A DNA stretch of 43,144 nt, from positions 106,231 to 149,374 of the forward strand of contig PS015059.1 in the NCBI GenBank assembly GCA_048213135.1, given 5' to 3'. Made by a program: the position numbers and the translations under genes. Source of the stretch: Reclinomonas americana ATCC 50394 (Eukaryota). Positions within the stretch are counted from its first letter, which is position 1; the number at the start of each line of letters is the position of its first letter. The notes below the pieces were generated by a model that was given only the letters and a program-made list of their open reading frames with translations, ran no database searches and had not been told where the DNA came from. Shown one piece after another: positions 37,787 through 43,144 of the stretch.

Positions 37787-37960
37787 GAGTGGGACGTGAT
37801 GTTGTGTGATGAAAGTGGTTTTGGTTCATCCGTTCATCAGCAATGAAGGCCTCGAGGGTCGCAAACGCACTGCTGCCGCAGGTGCTTCTTATTCATTCAT
37901 GGACAGCAGTGCGGTGTGCACGTGATCGCGGGCAGCGAGGTGTCGATGTTCTTCAATCGC
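37170..37960. repeat. Direct repeat copy 1: SphK upstream region, exons 1-2 and start of intron 2
   Basis: Core 37236-37848 is nearly identical to 42135-42747; the ends are more diverged. Confidence 0.95.
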
Positions 37961-37985
37961 CAGGCACATACGGACTATGCTACAC

Positions 37986-38069
37986 NNNNNNNNNNNNNNN
38001 NNNNNNNNNNNNNNNNNNNNNNNNNNNNNNNNNNNNNNNNNNNNNNNNNNNNNNNNNNNNNNNNNNNNN
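37986..38069. other. Assembly gap
   Basis: Run of N. Confidence 1.
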
Positions 38070-38547
38070 TACCGTGGATAGAGATGTTTTGCTCGTTTCG
38101 GTGACGCGATGCACTGACTATCCCTGTGTGTTGATCGCGGAAGCTGGACTGCAGTTTCACGGTGTATGTCATCAGCCTCCGCAGCCGCCTGCCGAATTGT
38201 GTGCTGGAGACTGTTCTAGTTTCCAACCGCACTGTCCACCCTTTCCGAATTTACCGTACCCACCGGGCTCGTTGGCGTGCCGGACGGCTACAGCATCACC
38301 AGCGGTGGCGCAGGAATAGCCGTCACTTACAGAACCGCTGCCGACAGTGGTGCAGAACTCCATACTCTACTGGGCACGTTCACCCTCGAAGCCGTACAAC
38401 GCGGTTACTAACCGTGATCTGTACGACTTCTCCAAGGTGAAGCTGGCATCGTACGCCGTTGGACTGCGAATTCAGGTGACGATCTGAGTGATGGAATTCG
38501 AAGTAATTCGTGTCACTTGACCATCGTCATCAATAACCGTTGGTCTT

Positions 38548-41500
38548 TCAATCGTCGGCTGGCTCGAGACACACGCCAGTGGCGTCGACTGTGCTGGACA
38601 ACGCGACAGCAGCACCGGCGTCGCGGTCAGACAGATCGAATACGACGCGCGACTCCAGCTCGCGCATGTGGGAATCATCGTCAAGGCCGCATCCAGTAAG
38701 CACACTGGCACAGCGCCTAGCAAAGTCGGCAAAGTCGACAAAGCCGGCCGCTCCACGTTGATCTCGGATCGCCATGGCAGCTTCACTGGCTCGACGGTTG
38801 CTCAGTGTGTCGCCAGAGACAGTGATTAGCAGGGATGCCAGAATTGTCGGATGGCACGAATTCACGCCGACGTAATCTGCGAATGATATCCAAGATGTAA
38901 CCACGCGGCAGAAAAGCACGTTGCACAACCAGCTGCTGTTGTTGCCACACTCACCGAGTTGCTGCAGTACTAGCCGCGTCAGTAGCGGACCAAAGAAGCC
39001 TTGAGAGGCGTAGTCAATGACAACGGCATTCGGCAGCAGGGCAGCCAGTTCGCGGTCGTTCATCACAGTCGGTACGCGTTGACTGCACACAATGACCGGA
39101 ACGAATACGACATCGACAGCAGCATCTGTATCAGCGCGGCGGCGTCGCGTCCACAGCTCTTGCAGTGCAGTCTGCCAATAAACTGCGCCGTGAGCGAGCG
39201 GAGCGGGCACACATAGCTCATATGGCATACTGCGCACCGTGAAGAGCAGTGTCGTCAGCAGCTTCTTCTCGTTGGCAGTGTGCTGTGCTTTCGCTTGCAC
39301 CACCAAGCACACTCGTTGGCACGGGCGGTCAGGCAAGAGGTCCAACACAACAAAGCAATCCACGCCGACATGGCCGGCCGTGGCCATCCACACATTCCTC
39401 TTGAGCGACGGACGTTCCAACTGTTGCTCGTAAATATGATGCTGTGTGTCAGTGCGCAACAAACACACAAGAGTGTTGTAGTTGGAACTAACTACAACAA
39501 ACCTCCGTACAGAAGCACTATCGCCAGCGGTGATCAAAGAGACGTGAGTAAATGTATCAATCAGGGCAAAGAGAACCAACACTGCACACTCTCACCTCTT
39601 GCAACTGCAACTCGGCTGGACGGCGCAATGTATCGAGCTCTATCGCACGAGCGTCAACAATGGCAGAGAGCCGATCGCTCTCCAACTCTGCCGTCGTGGG
39701 AGCGAACACGTGTCCTCGGAGACGCGGTTTCATGTGCACGTCGGTGATGTTGACAGCAGCATTGTCCAAACGGTAACGCGCCAGAACCTCGTCAAGCGAG
39801 TCGCCGCCACGCATCTGCTCAGTGAGACCACTGAGGACATTGCGGAGAAGAGGCGGCTCCACCGCTGCTGGCCCAGTTGCACCTTGGCGCACGCTAGTGT
39901 GTCGATGTACCAGCAACACCAGTCGGAATAGGTGCGCCACAGCAAACTCAAAGTCTTCACCCTGCCGCGGTTTCAGAAAGGCAACACATGCACAACACAC
40001 CTGGCTACGGTCTCACTCACCGTGCTGGTGGCTGCAGCATTCATGGAAAACGCAGAACTGGCGATACTGCTCAGCGCAGTATTCACCTGACTGCACACCG
40101 GCTTGTCGGCCATGTCTGGACAGAAAAACAGCGGTACGCGCAGGCGACTAAGGGACGGCCTGAACCGATCGGGATCTCGGAGAAGAAAACCCTGACTTTC
40201 CAACGTGACGAATCGTGCGTCAAGATTAGAGACTTGCACGCCGCGAAGCGCGAGGACTACATCATTGTCTGTCAGCAGATGGCAGTTGCGCATGGCCGTG
40301 CCGGCCAGAATATCCAACCATCGCACTACAAATACAGTGAGATGCACGGAAACCCCCACACATAGCCAAGCCTCTACGATCGTACCTGCGCCAGCGGCAT
40401 CAGATGCGTTCGCAACGCCGGCAACACCGTTCAACAGGTACACCAGTGAGCGCGGATGCCAGCCAACGAGGCGGAGACACGCCAGAATAGGAGCACACAT
40501 GCGCCAGCCGGAGACAAAATCCGCCAATTGTTCACGGCATTGACGACACACACAACCTACAGTGATGACGGACATGCACAGTCAGCACATGAACAAGAGG
40601 CAGTGGAAGAGGGAAGGACTGTCCACGCACAGGAACGTGACGCCACAATGTCCGGCTGAACACGAGCGTGCTGCATGTTCGCATGTTCGGGCACACCAGT
40701 CCGCAGTCGATCAGGAAGCTCCTCGAGAATGCGCTGCACGGCCTCGTACCGCAAGGGTGGAACTGGTACCAAGATAGGTGCCACGCCCGTTGCATAGCAG
40801 AGCCCATCGTGCATGGTCGGATCGTCCTCCAGTGTGCCACTGAGCGTCACCGCCAATCGACAGGCGCTTCCTAGAGCGAGCTCGAGCACGGTCCCGCTCA
40901 AAACGTGGTACATCTCACGCAACACTCGACGTGCCAGCTCGATGCCACCAGGTTGCACATGGTCTTCTCTGACGAGAAGTTTTTGCACCTCGTCGATGGA
41001 GAGCACGACAACAAAACTGCAGAGGAGGCATCATGATTAGCCACGTCTAGTGCCTGTCATCTGCTTTCAATTGCTCTCTCTCGCCAAGCACACACACACA
41101 CTTCTGCCCGCACCAAGTACACGAACCGTTTGTCTGTGGCAACGTTGTGTCGCCTTCGATGACACTCAACGATGTATTTCAACGCCGCTCGCAAGGAGCA
41201 CCTTGGTAGCTGATCGGGACGCCGGCAACCGCGACGGCGCTGATTCATCAGGAAGGCAAAGTACTCCGTGATGGGCATATCGGCGCAAAAGTACGCTCGG
41301 AGGACTCGCCACGCCAGGGAGTTCTCACAGCGCTTGTTAATCGTGTCCGTGTAATCCACACCGTCGAGTGTCCTCAGCCGTTCAATCTCTTGGACACCGT
41401 CGCCGTGGTTGTACTTGATGTACAAGTGCAGAAAGGCAAACATAGCGCCACAGTCGCCAAGTGATTCTGATGAACGAGTGAGAGACAAAAACACAGAACA

Positions 41501-41906
41501 TTGCGCTGTCGGAGTGCACACCTCGCAGCAAACTCGTCGTGCGCAGTGCAAGCGACGTCTTCCCAGCACCGGCTACCCCCAAAATGAACGGGACGCAGAT
41601 TTGTTGCTTGCTGTTGAGTGACGATGCCTGGACCACAGAGAAGACTGCCCCCAGCAATTTTCTTGTGGCCTCTTTCTGCCGCTGGTACGGGATGTACACA
41701 CTCAGATCGCGCAATCCCCAGTAGGACAGCGTCTCCTGTGTTGTGATGGGTCTGTTATCCTCAGTGGTGATGTGACAACAAAAGATGGTCAGTTGACTTG
41801 CCTCGCTCAGAGCTGAAAACGTGGGCCGTGAGCCTCCAGCCGGCAACAAGTTGAGAATGTACCGCGTGTCATCGTCCACTGAAGGCGCAGAATTCGCACA
41901 GCCCAT
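38548..41906 (-). CDS. Crinkler/RHS-type effector-like protein: N-terminal lipidation motif, P-loop NTPase, PD-(D/E)xK-type (QxK) nuclease and C-terminal HhH; about 9 exons
   Basis: MGCANS start; Walker A GVAGAGKT (~41556-41579); Walker B FVVVLSIDEVQ; VTLSGT; GWHPRSL; GEDFEFAVAHL; GHVGVDCF..CLVVQAK; NAVVIDY..FFGPLL; VGVNSCHPTILASL..AMAIRDQRGAAGFVDFADF. The exons join in frame through GT-AG introns. Confidence 0.8.
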
Positions 41907-42079
41907 GGTGAGCTCCCGCGGCGTATGTAAGGTGCGAGTCTTGCGGGACTCTCGCTTGAGAAGGACGAAAGCAAGAACAGAAGTTGTGTGACGACGCGAC
42001 GTTTCTCAAGTAACGAGGCGCATGGAAGCACGAATGCATAACAACGAAGAAGCCAGCGCTCAGGCCTAGGGACGGCGAG

Positions 42080-42857
42080 AAAAAATGAAAAGACAGGTCT
42101 CATCATCATAACGCACACACTCACCAGCACCTCGACCGCCGGCACCACGAATCGCCGATCGTTGTCGTCGCTGATCGAGGCACCCACCAGCCACTCCGCA
42201 TCAAAACCCGATCCACCACCCGCTGCAAATAATGCAATCGACACATCAATCACACACACGAACACGCGCATTGAGCAAGGGAGAGAGTGTGCGTGTGTGT
42301 CTGCCATACCAAACACAGGCTCCGTCTCCGCGGCGCGCAGGTAGATACCCGAGGGCGGCACCACATTCACCGGCGCACCAGCGTGCGCATCACTATCACC
42401 AGCAGCAGCGCTGCTGCTGCTGCAACAGCATGCACAACAGCATCGGCACGAGCCTCGACGCTGCTCGGCGGTCCACGAGAAGCCAGCGCGAGTCAGACGG
42501 CCGAGCACGGCCTCGTCGCCACGTGCAGTGTGGCGCACCAGCACCGACTGCATTATGGTGCTGTGCGAGGGTGAGGCAGGTGGTGGCACTGCTGCTGCGC
42601 CATCGAGATCTGCAGCGCGGCTGCTGCTTCCGTAGTCGGTGTTGATGCCGCCGTATGCGGTGGAGGGTGCACCGCCGGCGCTCATGAGTGGGACGTGATG
42701 TTTTGTGATGAAAGTGGTTTTGGTTCATCCGTTCATCAGCAATGAAAGGTTGCAAAGGCACTGCTGCCGCAGGTGCTTCTTATTCAATCATGGACAGAGA
42801 CAGTTGTGCGGCGTGCAGGTGATCGCGGGCAGCGAGGTGTGGAGGTTCTTTGATCGC
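42080..42857. repeat. Direct repeat copy 2 of the SphK 5' region
   Basis: Matches 37170-37960. Confidence 0.95.
42126..42685 (-). pseudogene. Truncated duplicate of sphingosine kinase exons 1-2 with a 14-nt frameshifting deletion
   Basis: Same MSAGGAPST.. start as 37786. It lacks CAGGTGGCGACCGG near the end of exon 2, and no kinase exons follow. Confidence 0.75.
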
Positions 42858-43111
42858 AAATATATCGATGCACGCATTCGCGCTGCGATCGCGAACACGC
42901 AGCGCTGCTGCGCGTGCTGCGTGCTCGGAGTTGCTTCGCCTCCTGGTAAGCTCGAGTACTGCTTTCGTAGTCGCTGTAGCTGGTACGCTGGTCCTGAACT
43001 CAGGCATGCGGGTGCACATTGGCAGAGCTCTCGCTGCCACAAGCGTTCGTCCGCGCAGCGCACGCTGCATTCTGCATGCATGCAGCGCTGGTTTCACTCT
43101 TCGGCTTCTCT

Positions 43112-43144
<33 letters not shown>

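Noticed and set aside
37961-42080. Classical transposon (LTR or TIR element)
   Set aside because: The flanking repeats are host SphK sequence, not LTRs; I saw no RT, integrase, DDE transposase or terminal inverted repeats.
41807-42685. 292-aa ORF as an in-frame SphK-effector fusion
   Set aside because: The ORF reads through introns and is out of frame with the effector ATG; the spliced form stops at 42060-42062.
42780-43097. Short minus-strand ORFs at the window end (ADERLWQREL, weakly F-box-like)
   Set aside because: Too weak and truncated by the window edge to support a call.

Overview
Gene-dense, GC-rich eukaryotic DNA with many short (~60-110 nt) GT-AG introns, CA/CT microsatellites and three assembly gaps. 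The organism is probably a flagellated protist because it carries a TCTEX1D2-type dynein light chain. I reconstructed about 15 genes by hand: a degenerate NMNAT-like protein, gluconokinase, INTS3, TCTEX1D2, a PPR-like protein, BTF3/NAC-beta, a membrane protein, a large coiled-coil/PH protein, LSM11, TRAP-gamma, V-ATPase E, sphingosine kinase, two hypothetical proteins and the effector below. The main discovery candidate is at 38548-41906 (-). It encodes an N-terminal lipidation signal (MGCANS), a P-loop NTPase, a PD-(D/E)xK-type nuclease and a helix-hairpin-helix domain, resembling Crinkler/RHS-type effectors. It lies between two ~0.78 kb direct repeats of the sphingosine kinase 5' end. A second notable feature is a recurrent atypical splice donor, GTTGCG, seen 17 times and only after non-G exon ends. 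All exon structures and family calls come from manual reading and motif recognition, not from database searches.
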